Source: a virus (Duplodnaviria; Caudoviricetes). Taken from it: 54,097 nucleotides of DNA. The notes below the pieces were generated by a model. That model was given only the letters and a program-made list of their open reading frames with translations, was not told where the DNA came from and made no database searches. The stretch lies in the IMG/VR virus record IMGVR_UViG_3300046003_005296, positions 1 to 54,097 of that record; one strand, written 5' to 3'. The translations under genes were made by a program, and so were the position numbers. Position 1 is the first letter of the stretch, and each line of letters starts with the position of its first letter. Shown here in pieces: positions 30,533-39,461 of this stretch.

Positions 30533-30880
30533 ATGAACTATAAACATTTAGCCTATTCATTTTTAATATTTTTATTTGGTCAAATCGTTGTTTGGATTCA
30601 AACAAATGGTCCATTAATTTGGCCATGGGCAAAGGAATATAGATTTTCATTGATGTTATTAGGAGTTCCAATAACGTGGGCTTTTATGGAAGCAACTAGA
30701 TTATCAGTATCAGGATTTTCTGGGGCTTTTTGGCCTGGCAGATTTCTTTCATTTGTTTCCGGAATAATAATATTTACATTAATGACATATCTTTTTAAAG
30801 ATGAAGGCATTAATATGAAAACAGCAATTTCTTTAACATTAGCATTCTCTCTTATTTTAGTACAGCTATTTTGGAAATAA
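30533..30880 (+). CDS. Four-TM small membrane protein (DMT/SMR-like)
   Basis: 115 aa with four hydrophobic helices. Confidence 0.55.
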   Translation: MNYKHLAYSFLIFLFGQIVVWIQTNGPLIWPWAKEYRFSLMLLGVPITWAFMEATRLSVSGFSGAFWPGRFLSFVSGIIIFTLMTYLFKDEGINMKTAISLTLAFSLILVQLFWK

Positions 30881-30895
30881 TGATATTTATAATAG

Positions 30896-31942
30896 ATGCT
30901 AAAAGAATATCAGACACATAGTGAATTAAACCCTGTAATATGGAGAGATGGCGAATTATTGCCAAAGCTCCGTGACGGGTTTATAAAAATTGCAGAAAAA
31001 TTTTATCAATTCTTAGAAATTGATGCACCAATACTCGATGTTATTTTAATTGGTAGCAATGCAAATTATAATTGGACTAAATATAGCGATATTGATTTGC
31101 ATGTAGTAATTAATTACATGGAAGTTGGAGATAATTTGCATATGACAAAAAATTATCTTCATTTGAAAAAAGCTCTATGGAATCATGAATATCCATTAAA
31201 ATATAAAGGCATCAATATTGAATTGTATGCACAAGATGCTAATGAAGATTTACATTCTTCAGTTGGCATTTATTCGATAACCCGGGGTAAATGGATAAAT
31301 CGTCCCAAAGCTGATTTAGTATCAATCGATGATTCATTAATTCAAATGAAAGCAGAGCCATTTGAATATGAAATTACAAATTTAAAGAAGAATCATCCAA
31401 ATTTAGAAAAAAGAATTCGAGAAATATTATTACGCCTTCGAAATTTGCGTCAAGCTGGATTAGAAGCTGAGGGTGAATATTCAATTGAAAATCTAGCATT
31501 TAAATATCTTAGAAATAAAGGTTTAATTGATCGTTTAAAAGAATTATTACATTTAGATACTGTAAAACATTTAACTTTTGAAAACGTTCAATTCGAGTCA
31601 GTTAGTAATATGTTAGCTAAACATGTTATGAAAGAAAAGATCATGACTACAGAAGATTGGCATCATGTAATGAAACATACTAATGCAGTTCATGATGCAA
31701 TGGGTCAGTGGAAACATCCCGGCAAATGCACAATGATTCCTAGTAATCAAATTACCATGAAGCAAGTCCCACATCAAGTTTTAGGAATTGATGATACAGG
31801 ACATATGCAATTAATGAAACCAGAACAGTCATATACGTTTCCAGGAACTATGGTTTTTGAAATTCCTAGAACACCGCAGTGGCAAACAATGATGATTCAA
31901 TTGGTAAATAAAGTTAGAAATGGAGGACGTTATGCCAAGTAA
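30896..31942 (+). CDS. Pol-beta-superfamily nucleotidyltransferase with an extra C-terminal domain
   Basis: LIGSNANYNW..YSDIDLHV (GS...DxD) and a third acidic residue in IELY; preceded by ATATTTATA at 30883. Confidence 0.75.
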   Translation: MLKEYQTHSELNPVIWRDGELLPKLRDGFIKIAEKFYQFLEIDAPILDVILIGSNANYNWTKYSDIDLHVVINYMEVGDNLHMTKNYLHLKKALWNHEYPLKYKGINIELYAQDANEDLHSSVGIYSITRGKWINRPKADLVSIDDSLIQMKAEPFEYEITNLKKNHPNLEKRIREILLRLRNLRQAGLEAEGEYSIENLAFKYLRNKGLIDRLKELLHLDTVKHLTFENVQFESVSNMLAKHVMKEKIMTTEDWHHVMKHTNAVHDAMGQWKHPGKCTMIPSNQITMKQVPHQVLGIDDTGHMQLMKPEQSYTFPGTMVFEIPRTPQWQTMMIQLVNKVRNGGRYAK

Positions 31943-32123
31943 AGGTTTAGGCGACGATATTAAAAAAATAACAAAGACAACAGGATTAGACCAATTAGCA
32001 AAACAAATTGCTCAACTGTTAAACGAAGATTGCGGTTGTGATGAACGCCAAGATTGGTTAAATGAAAAAACTAAAAATTGGCCTATTTATAAAAAAAGGA
32101 ACATGAATGGCGGTAATAAATAA
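31932..32123 (+). CDS. Small hypothetical protein with a DCGC motif
   Basis: SKGLGD...DCGCDERQ; start refined to ATG 31932. Confidence 0.65.
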   Translation: MPSKGLGDDIKKITKTTGLDQLAKQIAQLLNEDCGCDERQDWLNEKTKNWPIYKKRNMNGGNK

Positions 32124-32682
32124 AACAGGTATTTCAAACGGCGGCACTATTCAAGCTGAACACATTACTAGAGCTATTGATGCATTAAGTGGTGGTACTA
32201 CTGATTCAGTTATAGCTACAGGATCATTTACAGGATCATTTACAGGCAATGGTTCTGGATTAACTGGTATTACTGCTACATCTGCAGCAGGAGTTGATTT
32301 AACAAATACAACAACAGGAACTGGGCCATATTATCCAATTTTTTCATCAACTACTAGTACAGGTGCAATTCTTCGAACAGACACTTCTACATTTACATAT
32401 AATGCTACAACGAATACATTAACAGTAACATCATCATATGCTGCGACAGCATCTAATTCAACAAATTTAACAGTAACAGGGCCATTAAGTGGTAGTATTA
32501 CTGGTTCTAGTACTTTGATTATGAATTTAAGTACATTAGGTACATCTGGACAATTTATATTGCCAACTACGGAACCTACTCAGCCGACGCGCGGTAGTAT
32601 TTATTGGAATTTTAGTACGGGTTATTTGTTTATTTATGATGGGTCTGCTTGGTTAAACGTTCAATTAACAATCGGCGGATAA
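32107..32682 (+). CDS. Thr/Ser/Gly-rich virion or fibre-like protein
   Basis: TGSFTGSFTGNGSGLTG repeat and C-terminal GSIYWN...YDGSAW module typical of fibre proteins. Confidence 0.6.
   Translation: MAVINKTGISNGGTIQAEHITRAIDALSGGTTDSVIATGSFTGSFTGNGSGLTGITATSAAGVDLTNTTTGTGPYYPIFSSTTSTGAILRTDTSTFTYNATTNTLTVTSSYAATASNSTNLTVTGPLSGSITGSSTLIMNLSTLGTSGQFILPTTEPTQPTRGSIYWNFSTGYLFIYDGSAWLNVQLTIGG
32218..32246 (+). repeat. 12-bp coding tandem repeat ACAGGATCATTT x2.4
   Basis: Encodes TGSF repeats. Confidence 0.85.
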
Positions 32683-32693
32683 TAAGGATAAAA

Positions 32694-33164
32694 ATGAAAA
32701 AATTAAATGAATGTAGTTGCGGTTGCGGAGGCGATGGCGGGTGTAATGATAATGATAGCAATTATATGTTTTTTGGCAATTTAAAAACGATTAAAAAATA
32801 TGTAGATGCAATGTTAGAAATGGATGCAGACCAAGTTCAAGAAATATTAAGTAATGGACATGATTGGGCGGCAGATCATATTGCAACATCAAAAGATGAT
32901 GTACAAGAAGTTGGTGATTTCTTAATGAATGAAATGCAGCATGGCCATGAAATGGATTCATATAATATGCAACAACCTCAATTTATTCCTGCAGGATTCA
33001 AAAATCATATGAAACAATTGATGCCGGAGCGTATTGAAAAAACCGAAGCAGGTTATTTTGCTACTACAGAAACAGGTAGACGCTTATCTAAAAAACCTAA
33101 ATCTAAAAAAGCTGCATTAGCTCAATTAGCTGCAGTTGAAATTTCAAAACATAAAAATAAATAG
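32694..33164 (+). CDS. Hypothetical protein (acidic N-terminus, basic C-terminus)
   Basis: Start refined to ATG 32694 (MKKLNECSCGC). Confidence 0.7.
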   Translation: MKKLNECSCGCGGDGGCNDNDSNYMFFGNLKTIKKYVDAMLEMDADQVQEILSNGHDWAADHIATSKDDVQEVGDFLMNEMQHGHEMDSYNMQQPQFIPAGFKNHMKQLMPERIEKTEAGYFATTETGRRLSKKPKSKKAALAQLAAVEISKHKNK

Positions 33165-33168
33165 TTAT

Positions 33169-33807
33169 ATGGCATATTTAAATGCAAACATACCCACGAT
33201 TACATGTTTCATAAGAAATGAATTCATGTTTAATCACGAAAAAGGACACGGAGAATTCACACTCGCAGATGTGCATAGCGTAGCTTCTATACAAAAACGT
33301 ACTCCATTATTTGAAACATTCTTAGAAAATGGAGTAAATTGGACTAGGCGACCTATACATGCATTTTGCTGGAAGAAAGATGCAGAAAAATTACCATTAA
33401 CTGAACATGTATATTGGGATTCATTTTCATCATATATTGATGTTCAGATTAGAGAACGATTATCTGGATTGCGAGCTGATTTAATTTCTATTACAGGAGT
33501 TAAACGGCAAGGCACATATATGTTTACATTAGATTGGGCACATGAAAATAGAAATGTATTAGATACTAATTTTTCTGAAACACCAGAACACAAATGTGGG
33601 CATGTATTTAAAATGGATAATGGTAACTATTTTATTTATCCTAACAATAGAATCATATGGATGGATAATGCATGGACATACAATCGAATTGATAAAAATC
33701 CAGGTTACAAAATTGATATGACTGTTTATAGTGTTGAAGGCAAAGGAGGGTTTGAAACAGATTATTCATATATGACTGAATTCAAACAAGATAAAACAAA
33801 AAAGTAA
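33169..33807 (+). CDS. Hypothetical protein
   Basis: Start refined to ATG 33169 (MAYLNANIP); PEHKCGH motif. Confidence 0.75.
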   Translation: MAYLNANIPTITCFIRNEFMFNHEKGHGEFTLADVHSVASIQKRTPLFETFLENGVNWTRRPIHAFCWKKDAEKLPLTEHVYWDSFSSYIDVQIRERLSGLRADLISITGVKRQGTYMFTLDWAHENRNVLDTNFSETPEHKCGHVFKMDNGNYFIYPNNRIIWMDNAWTYNRIDKNPGYKIDMTVYSVEGKGGFETDYSYMTEFKQDKTKK

Positions 33808-33818
33808 TATTTATTAAT

Positions 33819-34151
33819 ATGAAACTAATAAATTTACTTTTTGAATCAAAAGACAAAAAAGAGACTTTTGAATCATTTGCAGACACTAGAGAAGCGGGTG
33901 CTGAGAAGATTGTTGATAATGCAAAGAAAAAAGGAGGCTTAGCTCTTCTTACTTGGCATCATTTCAAAGTTAAATTGCCTTACTACAAAAAAGCTGCGGC
34001 TGGTAATTTTGATTTAGATGCAGCAAAAAAAGAATATGATGCTACATATAAAAAGATATCTACATCAATGTCTCAAATTGAATTCCAAAGAGAAGTAGGA
34101 CGTTTAGAAGTTTTAGGGGAATTAATTATTCGCGAACAAAAAGGCAAATAA
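33819..34151 (+). CDS. Hypothetical protein with an MKLINLLFE leader
   Basis: 110 aa; ATATTTAT at 33807-33814. Confidence 0.75.
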   Translation: MKLINLLFESKDKKETFESFADTREAGAEKIVDNAKKKGGLALLTWHHFKVKLPYYKKAAAGNFDLDAAKKEYDATYKKISTSMSQIEFQREVGRLEVLGELIIREQKGK

Positions 34152-34966
34152 TGATTAAACTAAAATCTATATTATCTGAAACAGCTAGTCCAAAAGCAAT
34201 TGAATGGGCGAAAAAGTTTAAAACAGATTTAGGATTAACCGACGAAGCTGCAGCTGCTATGGCTGCTAATATACAACACGAATCTGGATTTATACCAGAT
34301 CGTATACAAGGAGCGGGAGTAAAAACAGGTACATTAGCTGATTCTGGGGGGCTAGGATATAGTTGGGCACAATGGACATATGGCGCCAGAAAAAAAAAAT
34401 TTAGAAAACATGTTTTAGATAGATTTAATGTAGATATAAAAAAGAAGCCAGCTACTGATAAATTTGCATATGATTTTTTAAAACATGAAATTATACAGTA
34501 TCCGGGATTTAATTTTAATAAATTTAAACAATCAACTGATTTAGAACAGGCTACAACTGAATTTGTATCTAAATATGAGCAAGCCGGCAAACCGATGCTG
34601 AATACTAGAATTGCATTAGCAAAAGATATTTTAAATGCAATTAAACCAAAACAATCAAAACAAAAAACATCATTGCCTGGTTCGGAATATATGACTATAG
34701 GAAAAACATTGTATCCTAGGAATACTTCGAAACATAATTATGCAAATGTTCGAACCGAACCCATAGTTAATAATGGATGGATTAATAATATTATTACAAC
34801 TATAGAATGGCCTAATCCGGTAGGCGTAGCAAAAGCAAAGAAAACCGATGAGCGAATGATGACTTGGTATTATGTTAAATTACCTAAAAATATAAGTTTA
34901 CTTCATGATTATGGTTGGGTTCGATTCGATGCAGTAACTATTGATAAAAATTCTAAATTCGTATAA
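34151..34966 (+). CDS. Phage tail-type lysozyme (Phage_lysozyme2-like) with a C-terminal SH3b-like domain
   Basis: AAAMAANIQHESG, G.SWAQWT..R, FVSKYE; C-terminal NVR...WYYV...GWV. Confidence 0.75.
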   Translation: MIKLKSILSETASPKAIEWAKKFKTDLGLTDEAAAAMAANIQHESGFIPDRIQGAGVKTGTLADSGGLGYSWAQWTYGARKKKFRKHVLDRFNVDIKKKPATDKFAYDFLKHEIIQYPGFNFNKFKQSTDLEQATTEFVSKYEQAGKPMLNTRIALAKDILNAIKPKQSKQKTSLPGSEYMTIGKTLYPRNTSKHNYANVRTEPIVNNGWINNIITTIEWPNPVGVAKAKKTDERMMTWYYVKLPKNISLLHDYGWVRFDAVTIDKNSKFV

Positions 34967-34967
34967 T

Positions 34968-34996
34968 TTGGATAATTTGAATTAATTATATATTAT
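34968..34996 (+). promoter_or_regulatory. Class I promoter TTGGAT-N17-TATTAT
   Basis: 34968-34973 and 34991-34996, ATG at 35002. Confidence 0.6.
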
Positions 34997-35001
34997 AAGT
35001 T

Positions 35002-35202
35002 ATGAATCAGAATTTCATAGAACGTTTATTTGTAGATTCCATTAATATTATGCAAACCGATAAGTGGGAATGGCCTGATCATTGGGATCGAGAAAGACGT
35101 TTAAAATTTTTAAATGAGTCATTGCGATTCGCAGAAGATCGAGAATTATTTGAACAATGTGCAATTATTAGAGATGTCAAAGAAAGTTTACACGAAATCT
35201 AA
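35002..35202 (+). CDS. Small protein with a UVR (UvrB/C)-like motif
   Basis: AEDRELFEQCAIIRD resembles A...EDFE.AA..RD. Confidence 0.55.
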   Translation: MNQNFIERLFVDSINIMQTDKWEWPDHWDRERRLKFLNESLRFAEDRELFEQCAIIRDVKESLHEI

Positions 35203-35443
35203 TAGAGGACCGCATCATGTAATTCTATTCAATGACGATCGAATAACATTTGATCACGTTGTTGATTGTTTGATGTCATATTGCGATTATAATGAGTTAC
35301 AGGCATATCAATGTGCAGTAATTGTAGATCAAGCAGGGGAATGCTCAATATTTACAGATACATATGATGAATGTATTCAAGTTAGTACGTTATTAAATAA
35401 ATCTAAATTAAAAACGATAGTTAAAAAATATAAAAAGAAATGA
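35174..35443 (+). CDS. clpS: Clp protease adaptor ClpS-like
   Basis: VILFNDDRITFDHVVDCL, QAYQCAVIVDQAG; start refined to ATG 35174. Confidence 0.8.
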   Translation: MSKKVYTKSNRGPHHVILFNDDRITFDHVVDCLMSYCDYNELQAYQCAVIVDQAGECSIFTDTYDECIQVSTLLNKSKLKTIVKKYKKK

Positions 35444-35625
35444 TTACTTTTTTTATAAAAATTCGTATAGGTATACTTCATGCTACATATCATAGAAACA
35501 TGAAGAAAGCAGATATTGCAAGAACTAATCACGATATAGTTTCCTTTAAAAAGTATATTTACCAAGCTGAAGATGCTTGGCGTAAAATAGTTATATTAAC
35601 AAATAAAATAAAAACAAATGGGTAG
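35440..35625 (+). CDS. Hypothetical protein
   Basis: 61 aa, overlaps both neighbours. Confidence 0.6.
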   Translation: MITFFIKIRIGILHATYHRNMKKADIARTNHDIVSFKKYIYQAEDAWRKIVILTNKIKTNG

Positions 35626-36004
35626 AAAATCTGCACACACTGGAGAGTCTCCAAAAGATCGTTCGATCAATATCATGGATAAGTTCATAGCAAAAAATAT
35701 GAACCGCGAAAAACATCAACCATTTAAATCTGCTAGAAGAAAAGATCCAGATATTCCAATTCATATGTGGCCTTTGAAAGATCAAATCGAATATTGGGAA
35801 AATCGTACAGATGCAGATAGATTTGACGATGCTTACCCGGTATATTCATTTTGGATTATAGAAGTTCAAAAACAAACAAAAGTACATTCATCATTTTTTA
35901 CGGATCGAGCAATGAAACTAAAAGATTTGTTGCAACAAATGTATGATGAAAAAACGATGCCTAAAGATGCAGTTACTGTTCTCCGAAAACATGGAGTTTA
36001 CTAA
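35618..36004 (+). CDS. Hypothetical protein
   Basis: 128 aa, TAATG coupling with the next gene. Confidence 0.7.
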   Translation: MGRKSAHTGESPKDRSINIMDKFIAKNMNREKHQPFKSARRKDPDIPIHMWPLKDQIEYWENRTDADRFDDAYPVYSFWIIEVQKQTKVHSSFFTDRAMKLKDLLQQMYDEKTMPKDAVTVLRKHGVY

Positions 36005-36558
36005 TGGAAGAAAAACAATATAAGTATGTATATGGAATTGGTAAAACAGCCTTAGATATTCCTGAAAGCGAAATTCGTTATGCAATGGATAATACAAAAT
36101 CTAATGCAGAAGCCGCTCGCTTTCTTAAAGTATCATTTACTACTTATAAAAAGTATGCTCGTATGTATACAGACCGAGATTCGGGTAAGACGTTGTATGA
36201 GCTACATAAAAATCAATTTGGAGTAGGAATTCCTAAAGATGTTCAAAAAGCATCGAAAGGAATCTATTCGATTGATAATATATTGTCAGGCAAACATCCT
36301 AATTATCCTTCATGGAAGCTTCGCAATCGATTGTTAGCATTGGGAGTATTCAAAGAAGAATGTTCTAGTTGCGGTTATAGCGAACGAAGAATAACTGATG
36401 ATACTGTCCCGGTATTATTAGATCACATCGACGGAGATGAAACAAATCATCAATTGGATAATCTACAAATGTTATGTTTGAATTGTTACTATCAGCAATC
36501 AGGTAATCCATATAATGTTGACAAAGAAACATATTGGAATTACAATTTGCTTGAGTGA
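36004..36558 (+). CDS. HNH endonuclease-like protein with an N-terminal HTH
   Basis: SNAEAARFLKVSFTTYKKY (HTH); CSSC...LDHIDGD..N..LDNL..LCLNC. Confidence 0.8.
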   Translation: MEEKQYKYVYGIGKTALDIPESEIRYAMDNTKSNAEAARFLKVSFTTYKKYARMYTDRDSGKTLYELHKNQFGVGIPKDVQKASKGIYSIDNILSGKHPNYPSWKLRNRLLALGVFKEECSSCGYSERRITDDTVPVLLDHIDGDETNHQLDNLQMLCLNCYYQQSGNPYNVDKETYWNYNLLE

Positions 36559-36569
36559 TATTTATTAAT

Positions 36570-37322
36570 ATGATATCTTTAAAAAAGTTAATTGTAGAAG
36601 GTCGATATGATAGTTTAGTTACTACATTGTCTCGTAAACTATTACAAATAATCAAAGACAGTTATGCTTGTACTAAAGATCCAGAGGGATTCTTCGGCGG
36701 AGAAAAGATATACTTTAAAAAAGGCGAAGAAGTTCCGCATATTGAAGACTCAAGCCAAATAGATCATATTTACTTTGAAGAAGTAGAGAATCCAGATATT
36801 CCATTAGATTTTTATTTGACACTTAAAGTTCAATGGATTGAAGGTTTAGATGATGTACACGTAGGCGGAGATGCATATAATGAAACAAAACGAGGTGTTG
36901 CTGATGCTGCACCATTAATTGAAATTCGTTTTAAATTAGATCCTGCAGATTATCCTAAAGTATTATCTGAAATTGCATTTGATCTTCGTGACACACTTCG
37001 TCATGAAATTGAACATATCACGCAAAGTGGATGGAATACAATAGATTCAAAATATATTCCGTCAGACCAAGCAATGCGTAATAAAATTGAATCAGGCAAA
37101 TTACCGCCAGCTCGATACTTTACATTACCAAAAGAAATAGATGCAATGATTCAAGGGTTGTATTTGCGAGCTAAAAAAACACGTACGCCTTTTAAACAAG
37201 TTGTTGATAATTATTTAAATATATGGGTTAGCAATCAATCTATAACCGAAATAGATAAACAAACTATCTTAAAGGTTTGGAGAGAACGTTTACCTAAGCT
37301 AGGAATTCGTCAGGAGATATAA
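36570..37322 (+). CDS. Putative zinc metallopeptidase with an MISLKKLIVE leader
   Basis: LRHEIEH (HExxH) and downstream EIDA; ATATTTAT at 36558; start refined to ATG 36570. Confidence 0.6.
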   Translation: MISLKKLIVEGRYDSLVTTLSRKLLQIIKDSYACTKDPEGFFGGEKIYFKKGEEVPHIEDSSQIDHIYFEEVENPDIPLDFYLTLKVQWIEGLDDVHVGGDAYNETKRGVADAAPLIEIRFKLDPADYPKVLSEIAFDLRDTLRHEIEHITQSGWNTIDSKYIPSDQAMRNKIESGKLPPARYFTLPKEIDAMIQGLYLRAKKTRTPFKQVVDNYLNIWVSNQSITEIDKQTILKVWRERLPKLGIRQEI

Positions 37323-38071
37323 TGATCCGTTTGCAAGACATAATGAATGAAGATTTGCGCCGCTGGGTTAAAGAAAAGTGGGTTGATCAACATGGACGTC
37401 CTTGTGGTAATGATAAAACCAAAGGTGTAAAAAAATGTCGTCCTAGCAAAAAAGTTTCTAAAGATACTCCTAAAACATGGAGTTCATTTGATAAAAAAGA
37501 AAAGGATTCATTAGTAGCACAAAAGCGTAGAGTTGGTATGGGTAAACGTACTCCTAAAGCTGAAGCAGTTATTGATGAGGAGAAAAAAGCAAAACGAGAT
37601 GCATGTTATCGCAAAGTTAAAGCTCGTTACACACGCAATGGAGGAACATGGCCGTCAGCATATGGTTCATTGGCTCTCTCAGCTTGTCGTAAAAAAGGTG
37701 CTAAGAATTGGGGTAACAAAACAAAAAATGAAGAATTAGAAAAGGAATCCATGGAAGAAATGTCTATTTGTACAGAATGTGCAATTGCAATGATGGAAGA
37801 TATCAAAGCTGGTAAGTTTGATGTAATAACAGAAGCAGAATACCAAGGTCGCAAAGTTCAATTAGGTAAACCAATGCGTGGCGATGTAAAAAAATTCAAA
37901 GTCTACGTTAAGAATGAAAAAGGCAACGTTGTAAAGGTTAACTTCGGCGACCCTAATATGAGAATTCGTAAGAGCAATCCTGCACGTAGACGTTCATTTA
38001 GAGCTAGACACCGTTGTCATACAGCCAAAGATAGAACATCAGCAAGATATTGGTCTTGTCGTAAGTGGTAA
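37322..38071 (+). CDS. Basic Cys/Trp-rich multi-module protein
   Basis: Three basic modules (LRRWVKEKW; DACYRKVK..WPSAY; KVNFGDP..SFRARH.C..YWSC) separated by acidic linkers. Confidence 0.75.
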   Translation: MIRLQDIMNEDLRRWVKEKWVDQHGRPCGNDKTKGVKKCRPSKKVSKDTPKTWSSFDKKEKDSLVAQKRRVGMGKRTPKAEAVIDEEKKAKRDACYRKVKARYTRNGGTWPSAYGSLALSACRKKGAKNWGNKTKNEELEKESMEEMSICTECAIAMMEDIKAGKFDVITEAEYQGRKVQLGKPMRGDVKKFKVYVKNEKGNVVKVNFGDPNMRIRKSNPARRRSFRARHRCHTAKDRTSARYWSCRKW

Positions 38072-38072
38072 T

Positions 38073-38101
38073 TTGGATCTTTGTATCCTTTTTCTTATAT
38101 T
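38073..38101 (+). promoter_or_regulatory. Class I promoter TTGGAT-N17-TATATT
   Basis: 38073-38078 and 38096-38101, ATG at 38108. Confidence 0.55.
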
Positions 38102-38107
38102 TATGTC

Positions 38108-38233
38108 ATGGAAAAGATAGAAGTAACAATGCAGGAAATTTGGCAAGCTACTCGTCCTATCGTGCATAAAAATAAAAAATCATATTCTCGCAAAAAGAAA
38201 CATAAAAAGTCTGACGAAAGGTTGGATTCGTAA
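38108..38233 (+). CDS. 41-aa basic peptide, ArfA-like (absent from the ORF track)
   Basis: MEKIEVTMQEIWQATRPIVHKNKKSYSRKKKHKKSDERLDS*; has its own promoter and fills the intergenic gap. Confidence 0.65.
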   Translation: MEKIEVTMQEIWQATRPIVHKNKKSYSRKKKHKKSDERLDS

Positions 38234-38250
38234 CTCTTATTTCATATAAT
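38222..38250 (+). promoter_or_regulatory. Class I promoter TTGGAT-N17-TATAAT
   Basis: 38222-38227 and 38245-38250. Confidence 0.7.
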
Positions 38251-38267
38251 ATAGAAAATAAAGAGTT

Positions 38268-39416
38268 ATGAAAAACAAGACAATTGGTGTGCCAACCTTA
38301 GTAAATGGCAAACAAAGAATCATCGAATTAGGTACTAACGTAGACATCACGGATAAGTTCCGCGGCATCATGATTAGTCATGCATTTGCAAATGATGAAT
38401 TATTAGTATTAGATGAATCCACGGGTCGTGCTAAGCGAGTAGCTCGAGAAGGCGAAATCCCAACACCGGAACCCGTAATGGAAATCAAAAAAGAATTAAC
38501 ACCAGAGTTGCAATTAATTAACAATGCTCACAAAATCAAACCAGCATCATTAGAAATGTCTGATGTTAAATGGAAGTATTTAGTTCGTAGTGCAGTCCGC
38601 GGAAAGAACATAATGATGGTTGGTCCTGCAGGATGTGGTAAGACACAAGCAGCAAAAGATTTGCCAGTAGCAACCAATCGTCCTTTCTTTTATTTTAACT
38701 TGGGTGCAACTCAAGATCCTAGAGCAACCCTTATCGGCAACACTCACTTCAAAGATGGCCAAACCACTTTTGACGAGTCTGCCTTTGTGAAAGCAATTCA
38801 AACCGAGAATGCAGTTATCCTTATGGATGAGTTGTCTCGTGCGCACCCTGAAGCTTGGAACATCTTGATGACAGTATTAGATGAAGGTCAGCGTTACCTT
38901 CGACTTGATGAAGATATTAATGCTCCATTAGTAACCGTAGCTCCAGGCGTATCTTTTATTGCTACAGCAAACATCGGTACCGAATATACATCGACACGCG
39001 TATTAGACCGTGCATTGATGGACCGTTTTGAAATTATTGAAGTAGATATTCTTTCTTTATCTCAAGAAGAAGACTTATTGACACGTCGCTTCGGAGATTC
39101 AGTGTCTGCAAAAATGATTCATGCAGTTGCAGACATTGCAGATGCAACACGTAAAGAATGGAGATCAGAAGAAGGCAAACTTACCACAATGGTGTCCACT
39201 CGTATGACGGTGCGAGTATGCGAATTGTTAGCAGATGGCTTCTCTTTAACTGAGGCAGCAGAGGTAGCAATTCTTCCATTCTTTGATGCATCAGGCGGTT
39301 CTGACTCTGAAAGGACGTTTGTCAAGCAGATCATCCAGAAGCATATGGCAACTGAGATGAATGACATCTTCAATACAGGAGATGTTTCAATGGATACGGA
39401 ACCAACGCCATTTTAA
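38268..39416 (+). CDS. MoxR/CbbQ-type AAA+ ATPase
   Basis: GPAGCGKT, LMDELSRA, ATAN, LDRALMDRF, STR. Confidence 0.9.
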   Translation: MKNKTIGVPTLVNGKQRIIELGTNVDITDKFRGIMISHAFANDELLVLDESTGRAKRVAREGEIPTPEPVMEIKKELTPELQLINNAHKIKPASLEMSDVKWKYLVRSAVRGKNIMMVGPAGCGKTQAAKDLPVATNRPFFYFNLGATQDPRATLIGNTHFKDGQTTFDESAFVKAIQTENAVILMDELSRAHPEAWNILMTVLDEGQRYLRLDEDINAPLVTVAPGVSFIATANIGTEYTSTRVLDRALMDRFEIIEVDILSLSQEEDLLTRRFGDSVSAKMIHAVADIADATRKEWRSEEGKLTTMVSTRMTVRVCELLADGFSLTEAAEVAILPFFDASGGSDSERTFVKQIIQKHMATEMNDIFNTGDVSMDTEPTPF

Positions 39417-39430
39417 TTTTTCATAGCTCG

Positions 39431-39461
39431 AAAAGGGAGGCGAGAAATTGCCTCCTTTTTT
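39431..39461 (+). terminator. Rho-independent terminator
   Basis: GGAGGCGA-GAAA-TTGCCTCC followed by a T run. Confidence 0.9.

Noticed and set aside
36004-36558. HNH gene as a mobile homing element in an intron
   Set aside because: It is free-standing, translationally coupled to the upstream gene and interrupts nothing
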